Shown piece by piece: positions 24,155 through 34,998 of a stretch of 64,000 nt of DNA. A program made the translations under genes and the position numbers. The DNA comes from Gammaproteobacteria bacterium. GTDB taxonomy: Bacteria; Pseudomonadota; Gammaproteobacteria; GCA-002705445; GCA-002716945. The stretch is from positions 17,867 through 81,866 of the forward strand of contig JAURQW010000010.1 in assembly GCA_030835925.1 (NCBI GenBank), written 5' to 3'. Within the stretch, counting starts at the first letter, position 1. The number at the start of each line of letters is the position of its first letter. The notes under the pieces are model-generated. The model did no database searches and was not told the DNA's origin. It worked only from the letters and a program-made list of their open reading frames with translations.

Positions 24155-25936
24155 ATGTCTAGTTATCCGAGATGGAAATATTTTTTAGTATTGCTAGTTT
24201 TTCTAGCGTCAATTATATACTCACTTCCTAACCTATATCATTCAAAACCCGCAATTGAATTAAGCGTAGAAGATGTTAATATTTCAGAAATTATTAAAAC
24301 ATTAAGTCATCCTGAAGATGCTATTATCTATAAAGATAATAAGATGACTCTGCTGTTTGATAATACTGAATCTCAACTTTTATCTTATGACAAATTAAGA
24401 AAAACTAATCTCTTATCTAGTTATAGCTTAACTAGTTATATAGACTTGCCTGATTGGCTTAAATCTATAAACGCATACCCAATGTATTTAGGTCTAGATT
24501 TAAAAGGTGGTGTTCATTTTCTTTTACAGGTAGACAAAGATAATATAGAAAAAAATTTATTAAGAGAAATTGAGAGTGATGTTAAAAGTATTCTTATCGA
24601 AAATAAACATAGATATATATCTTTCACAAAAATAGATAATAAAGTTGAAATTAAATTTAGTATGGATAAACCTATTGAAAGTATTTTATCAGTTATTAAC
24701 AATCAAATTCCTAATCTCAATATAAATAAAAAAACTGAAAAAGGTTTTGTTGTTTTGCATATTACTCCATCTGCAGAGCTGATAAATAATGATATTAAAA
24801 GTGCATTAGCAAAAAACTTGACGATTCTTCGATCAAGAGTTAATGAATTAGGAGTTTCACAACCAATACTTCAAAAACAAGGTCAAGACAGAATTATTAT
24901 CCAACTGCCTGGTTTACAAGACTCTACAAGAGCAAAAGGTATTTTGGGTTCCACGGCTACTTTAGAGTTTAGGTTAACAAAAGGTACTCAAGAAGATTGG
25001 TATAATTCTAAAATTAATGGTGTGCCAACTGTTAATTCTTCAAGTTTATATAAAATGAGAGATGACACCCCTATATTATTATCAAGGAAGGTAATTGTTG
25101 GAGGCGCAGATATAAAGGGTGCAAACAGCGGTTTTGATTCAGATACAAATAGCCCTGCAGTATTCGTCAATTTGAGTGATTATGGTGCATCGAAGATGCT
25201 TGATACTACAAATAAGAATATTGGCAATAGAATGGCAGTTGTATTTGTAGAAAAAAATAAAAGCGAGGTTATAAATGTAGCTGTTATAAGAGAAGCATTT
25301 AGCAAAAGATTTCAAATTACTGGCTTAAATATGGACGAGGCTCAAGATTTATCTATTCTTTTAAGATCTGGAGCTCTGAGTGCGCCGATGGAGATCGTTG
25401 AAGAGAGAACAGTGGGCCCTAGCTTGGGTGAGTCAAATATACTAGCTGGTAAGAATTCTATGTACTTTGGATTATTCTTGGTAGCTTTGTTTATGCTAAT
25501 CTATTATAGATTATTTGGTTTTATAGCTAATATAGCACTTATAGCTAACATTGTTATTATTGTGGCTATATTATCTCTTTTTCAAGCAACATTAACTTTA
25601 TCAGGAATTGCAGGGATAGTATTAACTGTTGGCATGGCGGTAGATGCAAATGTTTTAATATTTGAGAGAATCCGAGAAGAGATTGTAAACGGAAGCTCGC
25701 CGAATGCTAGTATATATTCGGGTTATCAAAAAGCTTTCTCTACAATTTCTGATGCAAATATTACAACATTAATTGCCGCAATTGCTTTACTTACAATAGG
25801 GACCGGAGCGGTAAAAGGCTTTGCTATAACACTTGTAATTGGAATTCTATCTTCAATGTTTACATCTATCGTAGGCACTAGAGCTTTAGTGAGTCTCATA
25901 TATGAAAAAAGAAATTCAAGGAGTCTCTCTATATAA
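24155..25936 (+). CDS. secD: Protein translocase subunit SecD
   Basis: 593 aa. N-terminal YPRWKY, LGLDLKGGVH, and the C-terminal six-TM SecD/F domain. Confidence 0.93.
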   Translation: MSSYPRWKYFLVLLVFLASIIYSLPNLYHSKPAIELSVEDVNISEIIKTLSHPEDAIIYKDNKMTLLFDNTESQLLSYDKLRKTNLLSSYSLTSYIDLPDWLKSINAYPMYLGLDLKGGVHFLLQVDKDNIEKNLLREIESDVKSILIENKHRYISFTKIDNKVEIKFSMDKPIESILSVINNQIPNLNINKKTEKGFVVLHITPSAELINNDIKSALAKNLTILRSRVNELGVSQPILQKQGQDRIIIQLPGLQDSTRAKGILGSTATLEFRLTKGTQEDWYNSKINGVPTVNSSSLYKMRDDTPILLSRKVIVGGADIKGANSGFDSDTNSPAVFVNLSDYGASKMLDTTNKNIGNRMAVVFVEKNKSEVINVAVIREAFSKRFQITGLNMDEAQDLSILLRSGALSAPMEIVEERTVGPSLGESNILAGKNSMYFGLFLVALFMLIYYRLFGFIANIALIANIVIIVAILSLFQATLTLSGIAGIVLTVGMAVDANVLIFERIREEIVNGSSPNASIYSGYQKAFSTISDANITTLIAAIALLTIGTGAVKGFAITLVIGILSSMFTSIVGTRALVSLIYEKRNSRSLSI

Positions 25937-26838
25937 TGTTTAAATTAATAAGCCTAAATAGTAACTATAATTTTATTGGGAAAAGAAAGCCTGCTATTAT
26001 TTTATCAACTTTCTTGATTCTAGTAAGCGTTTCAAGTTTTTTTATACAAGGTCTAAATTGGGGTATAGATTTTTCTAGTGGATATGTTGTACAGCTAAAA
26101 TTTGATAATAAAATATCTATTAATGAGATTAGAAATACTTTTGAGGGTAATGATATTAATGATGCTGTCATACAGTCGTTTGGTAGTAATAAAGAAGTTC
26201 TTATTAAACTTAAAGAAGATAGTAACTTCAACAAAGAATCTATAAATAATTTTTTAATCAAAAGTTTTTCCAATGAAAATCCATTTAAGATTATTAAACT
26301 TGAATTTGTTGGTTCGCAAATTGGAGATGAATTAAGAGAAAAAGGTGAGTGGGCGATGTTAGTAGCGCTACTTAGCATACTTGTATACATAGGTTTTAGA
26401 TTTGAATTCATATATGGAATTGGGGCAATTATTGCACTTATACATGATGTCATCATAACTCTTGGTTTCTTTTCTATTTTTCAAATAGAATTTAATCTCA
26501 GTGTTTTATCTGCAGCATTGGCAGTCATTGGGTATTCCCTGAATGATACTATTGTTGTTTATGACAGGATTAGGGAAAATACCAGAGTAGTTAAAACAGA
26601 TAAGTATGATAATTTGCTTAATAATTCTATAAATCAGACTCTATCACGAACTTTCATAACATCTTTAACTACGATGTTTGTATTAATCTCTTTGTATGTA
26701 CTTGGCGGTGCCGCCGTCGAATTATTCGCTCTTGCAATGATGATTGGAATACTAGTAGGAACATACTCATCAATTTTTATTGCAAGTACTAGCCTATTGT
26801 TGTTAGGAGCAAATGCTGAGATTAGAGAGAACGACTAA
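25936..26838 (+). CDS. secF: Protein translocase subunit SecF
   Basis: 300 aa. GIDFSSGY, IGYSLNDTIVVYDRIREN; start overlaps the secD stop. Confidence 0.93.
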   Translation: MFKLISLNSNYNFIGKRKPAIILSTFLILVSVSSFFIQGLNWGIDFSSGYVVQLKFDNKISINEIRNTFEGNDINDAVIQSFGSNKEVLIKLKEDSNFNKESINNFLIKSFSNENPFKIIKLEFVGSQIGDELREKGEWAMLVALLSILVYIGFRFEFIYGIGAIIALIHDVIITLGFFSIFQIEFNLSVLSAALAVIGYSLNDTIVVYDRIRENTRVVKTDKYDNLLNNSINQTLSRTFITSLTTMFVLISLYVLGGAAVELFALAMMIGILVGTYSSIFIASTSLLLLGANAEIREND

Positions 26839-27611
26839 CCTATCTTTGATAAAACTTTCTTATGTATTAATTCTTTAGCTGCCAATAAAGAGTTACATTT
26901 GCTGATATCATTTTCCCCATTAATACCTGTTACCAGTACACCTGATTCCCTGCAAATTAATAAACCAGCTGCATAGTCCCATATCTCTATCTTTGGATAA
27001 ATTAATAAATCAAGTTTGCCTTCTGCCATGTATATCAACTCTAGAGATTTCGATCCAAAAAATCTTTGATTACCGTCCAGCATATGCTCGAGGTTTAATT
27101 TAATCTTATTATCGTTTATTACATATAAAATTTTTTCGTTTTTAATATTTGTATTTCTTATTTTTTTATTTTCATACACAGCTCCTTCTCCTTTTACAGC
27201 TGTCACTAACTGATCTTCAACAGGATTATAAATAAGAGAAGCCTGTATAACCCCATTCAGAAAGATGCTAATGGTTATATTAAATAAAGGGATTTTGTTA
27301 ACAAAGTTTTCATAACAGTCTAAGGGATTTATAACCCATACATACCCTGTACCGTCATTAACATTAGATGAATATTTAATATTAGAAACTTTCTTTTTGA
27401 CCTCACTGATATCTATATTAGTTGGGCCTAAACTATCATTTTCATTAAAAGGATATGATTCACCTATCGACTCAATCATATGAATATATAAGAGCAGGTC
27501 TAAATGATCATAAGATCTTAAGTCATCTTGGTTTTTAGACTTATAAATATTATTAATTATTTCTGCTGCTGACCGGCATGCTTTTAGTGCTATATTTAAT
27601 CTAGGTTGCAT
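26835..27611 (-). CDS. suhB: Inositol monophosphatase family protein (SuhB homologue) with degenerate metal-binding motifs
   Basis: 258 aa. N-terminus MQPRLNIALKACRSAA parallels E. coli SuhB, and WDYAAG is retained. WVIDPLDGTTNF is replaced by WVINPLDCYENF. It is divergent from trmJ-iscR as in E. coli. Confidence 0.7.
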   Translation of the reverse strand: MQPRLNIALKACRSAAEIINNIYKSKNQDDLRSYDHLDLLLYIHMIESIGESYPFNENDSLGPTNIDISEVKKKVSNIKYSSNVNDGTGYVWVINPLDCYENFVNKIPLFNITISIFLNGVIQASLIYNPVEDQLVTAVKGEGAVYENKKIRNTNIKNEKILYVINDNKIKLNLEHMLDGNQRFFGSKSLELIYMAEGKLDLLIYPKIEIWDYAAGLLICRESGVLVTGINGENDISKCNSLLAAKELIHKKVLSKIG

Positions 27612-27649
27612 GTTGTGTTAATCCAATAAAATAACCATAATACTACAAT

Positions 27650-28363
27650 ATGTTTTCAAATGTTCATATAGTTTTAGTAAATACGTCTCATCCAGGTAAT
27701 ATAGGTTCTACCGCGAGGGCTATGAAAACAATGGGTTTTAAGAATTTATCATTAGTTAGCCCAAGAGAGTTTCCATCTAAGAGGGCTGATGCGCTGGCTG
27801 TGGGTTGTTCAGATATACTAGATAATGCAAAATTATATACAGACTTGCCTTCTGCAATTGAAGGTTCAAATATAAATATTGGTTTATCTGCAAGATCTCG
27901 TCGTGCTTCAATACCATCCATGTCAATAAAAGAGTGCACAACTTATATAGTTAATAATGATAATATTAATATTAATCTTATTTTTGGAAATGAGTCTTCT
28001 GGTTTGTCCAATGAAGAGCTTTTAATATGTGATTATATTGTTAGTTTGCCTACTCACAATGATTATACTTCGCTAAACTTATCTGCTGCTGTTCAAATAC
28101 TTACATACGAGCTATATAAAAGTTCAAATCAAACTCCAGATATAAATGTAAAGCAATCTAAACCAGCATCATCAAAGGAGCGCAACTTTTTTATACAATC
28201 ATTAATTTCATTGTTGGGACATACAAACTTTATAACATCAAAGAATCATATTTCCCTAACTAAGAAGATCCATATCCTGTTTAATAAGTCTAACCTTGAA
28301 AAAGAAGAGGTAAATATGCTGATGGGAATCATTAGCTCCATCAATAAAAAGCTTAAGAAATAG
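27650..28363 (+). CDS. trmJ: tRNA (cytidine/uridine-2'-O)-methyltransferase TrmJ (SpoU family)
   Basis: 237 aa. VLVNTSHPGNIGSTARAMKTMGF, FGNESSGL, and position upstream of iscR. Confidence 0.85.
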   Translation: MFSNVHIVLVNTSHPGNIGSTARAMKTMGFKNLSLVSPREFPSKRADALAVGCSDILDNAKLYTDLPSAIEGSNINIGLSARSRRASIPSMSIKECTTYIVNNDNININLIFGNESSGLSNEELLICDYIVSLPTHNDYTSLNLSAAVQILTYELYKSSNQTPDINVKQSKPASSKERNFFIQSLISLLGHTNFITSKNHISLTKKIHILFNKSNLEKEEVNMLMGIISSINKKLKK

Positions 28364-28398
28364 TTGATAAGATTACTAGGTTATAGGATAATTAATCC

Positions 28399-28866
28399 AT
28401 GAAACTTACAACTAAAGGACGTTATGCAATAATAGCTATGGTTGATTTAGCCATAAATGGAATAGATGTACCTGCACCTCTGAAAGAGATTTCAATTAGA
28501 CAAAAAATCTCTCTTTCCTATCTAGAACAACTTTTTTCTAAACTTAGAATGCGTGGGCTAGTAAAAAGTATACGTGGACCTGGTGGAGGCTATATGCTTA
28601 ATAAGGATCCATCAAATCTAAATTTATTAGATATAATAACAGCTGTAGATGAAAAAATTGATCAAACTCAGTGCGGAGGCGCAATGAACTGTATTAATGA
28701 CAAACCTTGCTTGACGCACTTTATTTGGACAGATTTAAATAATAAAATTAATGATTATATGAGAGAGATAACATTGAGTGATATAACATTAAGAAAAGAC
28801 GTACAAAATATTATATTTTTAAGGGAGAATAAAAATGTCATCAGGAATCAAAGAGCAGAAAAATAA
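28399..28866 (+). CDS. iscR: Fe-S cluster assembly transcriptional regulator IscR (Rrf2 family)
   Basis: 155 aa. [10 protein letters not shown], Rrf2 wHTH, and the Cys cluster C..GAMNC.....C. Confidence 0.88.
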   Translation: MKLTTKGRYAIIAMVDLAINGIDVPAPLKEISIRQKISLSYLEQLFSKLRMRGLVKSIRGPGGGYMLNKDPSNLNLLDIITAVDEKIDQTQCGGAMNCINDKPCLTHFIWTDLNNKINDYMREITLSDITLRKDVQNIIFLRENKNVIRNQRAEK

Positions 28867-28873
28867 ATTAAGC

Positions 28874-30082
28874 ATGCCTATTTATTTAGATTACTCAGCA
28901 ACTACACCAGTTGATGAGAGAGTAGCTAAGGCAATGGCTGACTGTCTGACAAAAGAAGGAACTTTTGGAAATCCTGCATCTCGATCTCATCCATATGGGT
29001 GGGATAGTGAAAAACTAATAGATCAAGCGAGAGTTAACGTCGCTAACTTATTAGGTGCTGATAAAAGAGAAATAATATGGACAAGTGGAGCAACTGAATC
29101 AGATAATCTTGCAATTAAGGGTGCCGCATATTTTTATAAGGAAAAAGGAAATCATCTTATTACTCTATCTACTGAGCATAAAGCTGTTTTAGATACTATG
29201 AGATTTCTAGAATCTGAAGGTTTTGAAGTCACTTACCTAGACCCTCAAGACAATGGGTTAGTTGATATTGATGAATTAAAAAAAGCTATCAAACCAACTA
29301 CTATCCTTATTTCCATCATGCATGTGAATAATGAAATTGGAGTCATACAAGATTTGGAGTCTATTGGTAAGTTATGTAAAGAAAATAAGATAGTTTTTCA
29401 TGTAGATGCTGCTCAAAGCCCTGGAAAAGTTGAGATAGATGTAAATAAATTTAATATTGATCTATGTGCTTTATCTGCTCATAAAGCATACGGACCAAAA
29501 GGAATTGGAGCATTGTATGTAAGAAGAAAACCTAGAATTAGGTTGCAGCCACAGATGCATGGCGGAGGTCATGAAAGAGGTTTTAGATCAGGCACATTAC
29601 CAACACATCAAATTGTAGGTATGGGCGAAGCATTTAAATATGCTAAAACTGAAATGGCTAAAGATAATAAAAAAATTAAGAAACTCAGAGATATGCTTTG
29701 GGATGGTTTGAAGGATATGGAAGAAATATACCTTAATGGTGATCTTAACCAGCGAATACCTGGTAATTTAAATATTAGCTTTAATTTTGTTGAAGGCGAA
29801 AGTCTTATTATGGCAATCAAGGATATTGCGGTATCATCTGGATCAGCATGTACATCTGCTAGTTTGGAACCTAGTTATGTACTAAGAGCTCTAGGAAGAG
29901 AGGATGAGCTTGCACATAGTTCTATCAGAATGACTATAGGTAAATACACCACTGAGGAAGAAATTTTGCACACTATAGATTTATTAAAAAATGCAGTTTC
30001 CAAACTCAGAGACCTATCTCCTTTATGGGATATGTATAAAGATGGTATAGATCTAAAAACTGTTAAGTGGGCATCACATTAA
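28874..30082 (+). CDS. iscS: Cysteine desulfurase IscS
   Basis: [24 protein letters not shown] (PLP lysine) and [21 protein letters not shown]. The track ORF starts at 28835 inside iscR; ATG 28874 gives the canonical N-terminus. Confidence 0.95.
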   Translation: MPIYLDYSATTPVDERVAKAMADCLTKEGTFGNPASRSHPYGWDSEKLIDQARVNVANLLGADKREIIWTSGATESDNLAIKGAAYFYKEKGNHLITLSTEHKAVLDTMRFLESEGFEVTYLDPQDNGLVDIDELKKAIKPTTILISIMHVNNEIGVIQDLESIGKLCKENKIVFHVDAAQSPGKVEIDVNKFNIDLCALSAHKAYGPKGIGALYVRRKPRIRLQPQMHGGGHERGFRSGTLPTHQIVGMGEAFKYAKTEMAKDNKKIKKLRDMLWDGLKDMEEIYLNGDLNQRIPGNLNISFNFVEGESLIMAIKDIAVSSGSACTSASLEPSYVLRALGREDELAHSSIRMTIGKYTTEEEILHTIDLLKNAVSKLRDLSPLWDMYKDGIDLKTVKWASH

Positions 30083-30086
30083 ACTT

Positions 30087-30410
30087 ATGACTATCACGAT
30101 TACAGATAATGCTGCAAAACATGTTTCTGCCCATCTTTTATCAAGAGGCAAAGGAATAGGTCTAAGATTAGGTGTAAAAACAACTGGTTGTTCAGGGTTA
30201 GCATATGTAATAGAATTTGCAGATAAAATTGAGACTGATGATAAAATTTTTGAAGACAAAGGTATTAAGCTGATCATAAATCCTAAAAGTTATGCATATT
30301 TAAAAGGAACAGAGCTAGATTTTGGTAGAGAAGGGCTCAACGAGGGTTTTAAATTTAATAACCCAAATGTCAAAGATAAATGCGGTTGTGGCGAGAGTTT
30401 TAATGTTTAA
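30087..30410 (+). CDS. iscA: Iron-sulfur cluster assembly protein IscA (A-type carrier)
   Basis: 107 aa. [13 protein letters not shown] and C-terminal CGCGESF. It follows iscS directly, with no iscU between them. Confidence 0.9.
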   Translation: MTITITDNAAKHVSAHLLSRGKGIGLRLGVKTTGCSGLAYVIEFADKIETDDKIFEDKGIKLIINPKSYAYLKGTELDFGREGLNEGFKFNNPNVKDKCGCGESFNV

Positions 30411-30925
30411 TGGATATTCTAAAACAGAACTTTTTTGAATTATTTAATATAGATATTTCAGTAGATATAAATAAATCTGATCTAGATGAGAAACTAAAAA
30501 TCTTACAGAATAATTTTCATCCTGATAAATTCACAAGTGGGTCAGATTTTGAGAAAAGATTAGCATTACAAATTTCTTCATATATAAATGATGGCTATAA
30601 AATACTTGGTGATATAGTCCTAAGAGTGGAGTATATTTTAAAGATTAATAACTTCAACAAAGATGAATCTACAACAATTAATGATATTGATTTTTTACAA
30701 GAACAAATTATGTATAATGAGCTCATTGAATCTTTAAAAGAAAAGTTGGAAGATAATGTAATAGAGGACAGCCTCTCAGACATTAAGTTAAAATTAAAAA
30801 ATACGATTAATAATATTAAGCTATCTTATCAAGATCGTGAGTTTGAAGATATGTGGCAGAATTTATCAAAGCTGAGGTTTTATATTAATAATATTAATGA
30901 ACTTATAAAAATGAGAAATAAATGA
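30410..30925 (+). CDS. hscB: Fe-S co-chaperone HscB (J-domain)
   Basis: 171 aa. J-domain with FHPDKF; located between iscA and hscA. Confidence 0.85.
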   Translation: MDILKQNFFELFNIDISVDINKSDLDEKLKILQNNFHPDKFTSGSDFEKRLALQISSYINDGYKILGDIVLRVEYILKINNFNKDESTTINDIDFLQEQIMYNELIESLKEKLEDNVIEDSLSDIKLKLKNTINNIKLSYQDREFEDMWQNLSKLRFYINNINELIKMRNK

Positions 30926-32757
30926 GTTTGCTTCAAATATCAGATCCTACAATAACAAATGAGAATCTAAAAAAATTCGTAGTTGGTATCGATCTTGGAA
31001 CCACAAATTCTTTGATTGCTTCATATGATTTAAATCTTAGAATTTATCAAGAAAATTCATCTAAACTAATACCATCTGTTGTTGGTATACAGAAGGATGA
31101 TAATATTCTGGTTGGAAATAATGCATGTCTTCAATCAGACTCTGATACTACAATTATCAGATCAATAAAAAGAATAATGGGGTTATCTTATGAAGATATT
31201 AATAAGCTTGACCATCAAGAAAACTTTCCAGTTGTTAGGGCACAAAACGATCTCCCTTGCATTGCTGTTAATGATAAAGAGTATTCAGCTATTGATATTT
31301 CTTCTAAAATTCTTTCTCATCTTAAACAACTCGCTGAGTCTATGGAAAACAAAACACTTGATGGCGCAGTTATAACTGTTCCCGCATATTTTAATGATAT
31401 ACAGCGACAAGCAACTAAGAATGCTGCAAAATTGTCTGGTATTAATGTTTTGAGATTATTAAATGAACCTACTGCTGCGGCTTTAGCATATGGCCTTGAG
31501 TCTAATGAGACAGGCTCATTTGTGATTTATGATTTTGGAGGAGGTACATTTGACGTATCTGTGCTTAATTTAGATAAAGGTATATTTAAAGTGTTATCAA
31601 CAGATGGTAATACTCGTCTTGGTGGAGATGATATTGATAATGCCATAAGTATTTGGCTATCAAATAATTATTCATTCATGAAAAAATATAGCTATAGTGA
31701 AATTAAAGAATATGCAAAATCTATAAAAGAGTCTATTGCGAATGAAGAGTCTATTTCTATTAAAGTAAATGAAAACCCAGTGACTCTTTCTCAGGACCAA
31801 TTTCAAGATATTATTGCTCCAATTCTAAATGAAACTTTTGAGATAGTGAAGAATGCTATTACAGCTTCAGGTTTATCTCCTAGTGAAATTAAAAATATTA
31901 TATTAGTCGGTGGTTCAACAAGAATAAATTGCATTAAGAATTTATTGGAAAAAAAATTTTCTTGTTCTGTCTTAAATAACATTGACCCTGATATTGTGGT
32001 TGCTCATGGTGCAGCAATACAAGCATCTTTGTTATCTGGAAATAATAAAGATAATATCCTTTTACTCGATGTTTTGCCCCTGTCTCTTGGTATCGAGACA
32101 TATGGTGGGCTTGCTGAAAAAGTAATCCTAAGAAATACACCAATACCTATAAAACTCAGAAAAACTTTTACTACTTTTAAGGATGGGCAATCTAAGTTGT
32201 TAATAAACGTTATACAGGGTGAGAGAGAGCTGGTTGACGATTGTAATTCATTAGGTAGCTTCATCTTGTCAGATATCCCATCAATGGTTGCTGGAGGTCC
32301 TAGGATTGATGTAGATTTTCAAATTGATGCAGATGGTATTTTGTCAGTTTCGGCAACAGAAACAACAACAGGAAATACATCAAGAATTGAAGTAAAGCCA
32401 TCATACGGTTTATCTGAATCAGATATTACTCAAATGATTAATGATTCTAATGAAAGCGCAGAAATTGATATGAATTTAAGACGTCTCAACGAGTCTATTG
32501 TAGAAGGCAAGAGAGTTGTGTATGCATTGGAGCAAGCACTCAATAATGATGGTAAAGATCTTTTATCAAATGAGGAGTATCAGTCGATTATTGATAAATT
32601 AGATATCCTAAAATCGAGCATATCTGGTGATAATTCTGACTTAATTGAGCATGGAATCAGAGAAGTAGAAAAACAATCTGAGTTTTATGTTGAACGAAGA
32701 ATGAATAGTAGTATAAAGTCACTCATTGCAGGCAAAGGGATAGATGATATACTGTAA
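30922..32757 (+). CDS. hscA: Fe-S chaperone HscA (Hsp70 family)
   Basis: 611 aa. [35 protein letters not shown]. Confidence 0.95.
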   Translation: MSLLQISDPTITNENLKKFVVGIDLGTTNSLIASYDLNLRIYQENSSKLIPSVVGIQKDDNILVGNNACLQSDSDTTIIRSIKRIMGLSYEDINKLDHQENFPVVRAQNDLPCIAVNDKEYSAIDISSKILSHLKQLAESMENKTLDGAVITVPAYFNDIQRQATKNAAKLSGINVLRLLNEPTAAALAYGLESNETGSFVIYDFGGGTFDVSVLNLDKGIFKVLSTDGNTRLGGDDIDNAISIWLSNNYSFMKKYSYSEIKEYAKSIKESIANEESISIKVNENPVTLSQDQFQDIIAPILNETFEIVKNAITASGLSPSEIKNIILVGGSTRINCIKNLLEKKFSCSVLNNIDPDIVVAHGAAIQASLLSGNNKDNILLLDVLPLSLGIETYGGLAEKVILRNTPIPIKLRKTFTTFKDGQSKLLINVIQGERELVDDCNSLGSFILSDIPSMVAGGPRIDVDFQIDADGILSVSATETTTGNTSRIEVKPSYGLSESDITQMINDSNESAEIDMNLRRLNESIVEGKRVVYALEQALNNDGKDLLSNEEYQSIIDKLDILKSSISGDNSDLIEHGIREVEKQSEFYVERRMNSSIKSLIAGKGIDDIL

Positions 32758-32763
32758 AACGTA

Positions 32764-33105
32764 ATGCCAAAGATAACTTTTTTACCAAATGAAGATATAT
32801 GTCCAGAAGGAGCCACTATTGAAGTTGCCAAAGGAACAAGTATATGCCGAGCTGCATTAGATAGCGGCATATCTATAGAGCATGCCTGCGAATTATCATG
32901 CGCTTGCACGACATGCCATGTGTATGTAAAAGAAGGCCTTGATTCTCTATCAGATGCTACTGATGATGAGGATGATTATTTAGATAAAGCATGGGGGTTA
33001 CAAAGTAATTCAAGACTAAGTTGCCAAGCCATTGTGGCCGATGAAGACTTAATTGTTGAAATACCTAAATATACAATAAATCATGCTTCGGAGCGTCACT
33101 CATGA
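32764..33105 (+). CDS. fdx: ISC-type [2Fe-2S] ferredoxin
   Basis: 113 aa. Adrenodoxin-type C.....C..C...(n)..C pattern (ACELSCACTTCHV ... SRLSCQ). hscA-fdx-iscX order. Confidence 0.9.
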   Translation: MPKITFLPNEDICPEGATIEVAKGTSICRAALDSGISIEHACELSCACTTCHVYVKEGLDSLSDATDDEDDYLDKAWGLQSNSRLSCQAIVADEDLIVEIPKYTINHASERHS

Positions 33106-33299
33106 CACTAAAATGGACAGATAGTCTTGATATTGCAATACAACTGGATGAGAAATTCCCAGATGTTGATCCTCAGCAAATAAGATTTACTGATCTTCAT
33201 CAATGGATTTGTGAATTAGATGACTTTAGTGATGATGCCTCTAAATCTAATGAAAAAATTTTAGAAGCTATACAAATGCTTTGGATAGAGGAGAAGTAA
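33102..33299 (+). CDS. iscX: Fe-S assembly protein IscX (YfhJ)
   Basis: 65 aa. LKWTDS..IA..L...FPDVDP..IRFTDLHQWI..L.DF.DD closely parallels E. coli IscX. Confidence 0.88.
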   Translation: MTLKWTDSLDIAIQLDEKFPDVDPQQIRFTDLHQWICELDDFSDDASKSNEKILEAIQMLWIEEK

Positions 33300-33301
33300 T
33301 C

Positions 33302-33703
33302 ATGGCTTATGAGAAAAGTCTTGGCATCATAAAACCTGATGCTGTAGAAAGAAATTTAATAGGCTCAATTATCAAAATTATTGAGGATAACGATATTAAG
33401 ATCAATCAGATGAAGATGTTAGAGTTAACTTCATCCATGGCTGAAGAGTTTTATAATATTCATAAAGGCAAACCTTTCTATGAAAAGCTAATTTCTTATA
33501 TGACATCAGGCCCAGTTGTTTTAATGGTTCTTGAGGGCAATGATGTGGTGAAGAGATATAGAGATTTGATGGGTAAAACAAACCCCGAGGATGCTGCTGA
33601 GGGCACGATCCGTAAGTTGTATGCTAAAGACACTACTTTTAATTCCGTACATGGCTCTGATAGTATTGAAAATGCTTTAACTGAAATCAGTTTATTTTTT
33701 TAA
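33302..33703 (+). CDS. ndk: Nucleoside diphosphate kinase
   Basis: SLGIIKPDAV, NSVHGSDS (active-site His). The track ORF opens at 33281; ATG 33302 gives the canonical N-terminus. Confidence 0.92.
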   Translation: MAYEKSLGIIKPDAVERNLIGSIIKIIEDNDIKINQMKMLELTSSMAEEFYNIHKGKPFYEKLISYMTSGPVVLMVLEGNDVVKRYRDLMGKTNPEDAAEGTIRKLYAKDTTFNSVHGSDSIENALTEISLFF

Positions 33704-33714
33704 CCAAATCAATT

Positions 33715-34998
33715 ATGAAAAATAACGCTATACAATCAATAAAGGGTTTTAAAGACATACTGCCCTCTGAGATTAAATATTATAAGTATATTGAAAAAAT
33801 AATATTTGATATTTCAAATCAGTATTCCGTCAATGAACTTAGATTGCCATTCATAGAAAAATCAGAATTATTTATGAAATCAATTGGTGATGACACAGAT
33901 ATCGTTAATAAAGAAATGTATAATTTTATTGACAAGAATGGAGAGTCAATCTGCTTGAGACCTGAGGGCACTGCCTCTGTTGTTAGGTCAGTGATAGAAC
34001 ATAATCTAGTTTATGATCGTGGACTTAAAAAACAAAAATACATGTACTATGGTCCTATGTTCAGACATGAAAAACCACAAAAAGGACGATATAGACAGTT
34101 CAATCAATTTGGTATTGAATACTTTGGTTTCAGTGATACTAATAGTGATTTAGAATTAATTATATTAGGCGGTCATGTTTTTGACAAACTTGGACTTAAA
34201 AATATCAAGCTTCATATAAATTCACTAGGAGATAAGGATGATAAAAAGAAATATGCGGGGATTGTGACAAAATTTTTTACGTCAATTAAAAGTAAACTTG
34301 ATGATTATCAACTAAATACATTAAATAAAAACCCACTAAGATTATTGGATAGTAAAAAAGATAATATAAAAGATATTTTAGAAAAAATACCTACTATGAC
34401 CGAGACACTCTCCAATGAATCAAAGTCAAGATTTAATATACTATTGGATAAATTAGATGTTATCGGTATAGATTATATTCTAGATAATTCTATTGTCAGA
34501 GGCCTTGATTATTATAATGATACAGTTTTTGAGTGGCGAGATATGTCTTTAGGTAGTCAAAATGCTGTTTGTGCGGGTGGTAGATATGATTCTTTGGTGA
34601 AAAATACTGGAGGCAACGATGTTCCAGCTATAGGTTTTGCAATGGGTATCGAGAGAATTGTTGAGCTAATAAAAAATATCGATATCTCTTTTGATAAGCA
34701 ACAGTTCATAATACCAATAATATCAACATTAGCTGAAACTGAATCATACGCAGTAGAGTTAACTACCTCCCTTCGTCATCGGTATCCATACTTGAGTTTT
34801 TATACTACTGATAGCTCTGCAAGTCTATCCTCGCAGACTAAAAGCGCCTTAAAAATTAATGATACTTTTATTATTCTTGTAACTAATGAAAATATTAAGG
34901 ATAAATCTATTACAGTTAGGATGAAAGAAAATAAAATGAATGATACCATCCTTACCAATGATGAATTAATTAAACTTATGGATAAATCTTATGGCTGA
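33715..34998 (+). CDS. hisS: Histidine--tRNA ligase
   Basis: 427 aa. Class II motifs LRPEGTASVVR, YYGPMFRHEKPQKGRYRQF and GGRYD. Confidence 0.93.
   Translation: MKNNAIQSIKGFKDILPSEIKYYKYIEKIIFDISNQYSVNELRLPFIEKSELFMKSIGDDTDIVNKEMYNFIDKNGESICLRPEGTASVVRSVIEHNLVYDRGLKKQKYMYYGPMFRHEKPQKGRYRQFNQFGIEYFGFSDTNSDLELIILGGHVFDKLGLKNIKLHINSLGDKDDKKKYAGIVTKFFTSIKSKLDDYQLNTLNKNPLRLLDSKKDNIKDILEKIPTMTETLSNESKSRFNILLDKLDVIGIDYILDNSIVRGLDYYNDTVFEWRDMSLGSQNAVCAGGRYDSLVKNTGGNDVPAIGFAMGIERIVELIKNIDISFDKQQFIIPIISTLAETESYAVELTTSLRHRYPYLSFYTTDSSASLSSQTKSALKINDTFIILVTNENIKDKSITVRMKENKMNDTILTNDELIKLMDKSYG

Noticed and set aside
28835-28873. Upstream-extended starts in the ORF track for iscS (28835), ndk (33281), purA (56540), fdxA (61639), queA (21656), rpsF (58643), miaA (52129), pheA (5146) and DUF4242 (38500).
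   Set aside because: In each case an internal ATG reproduces the canonical family N-terminus and removes or shortens an implausible overlap with the neighbouring gene. The extensions look like ORF-finder longest-frame artefacts.
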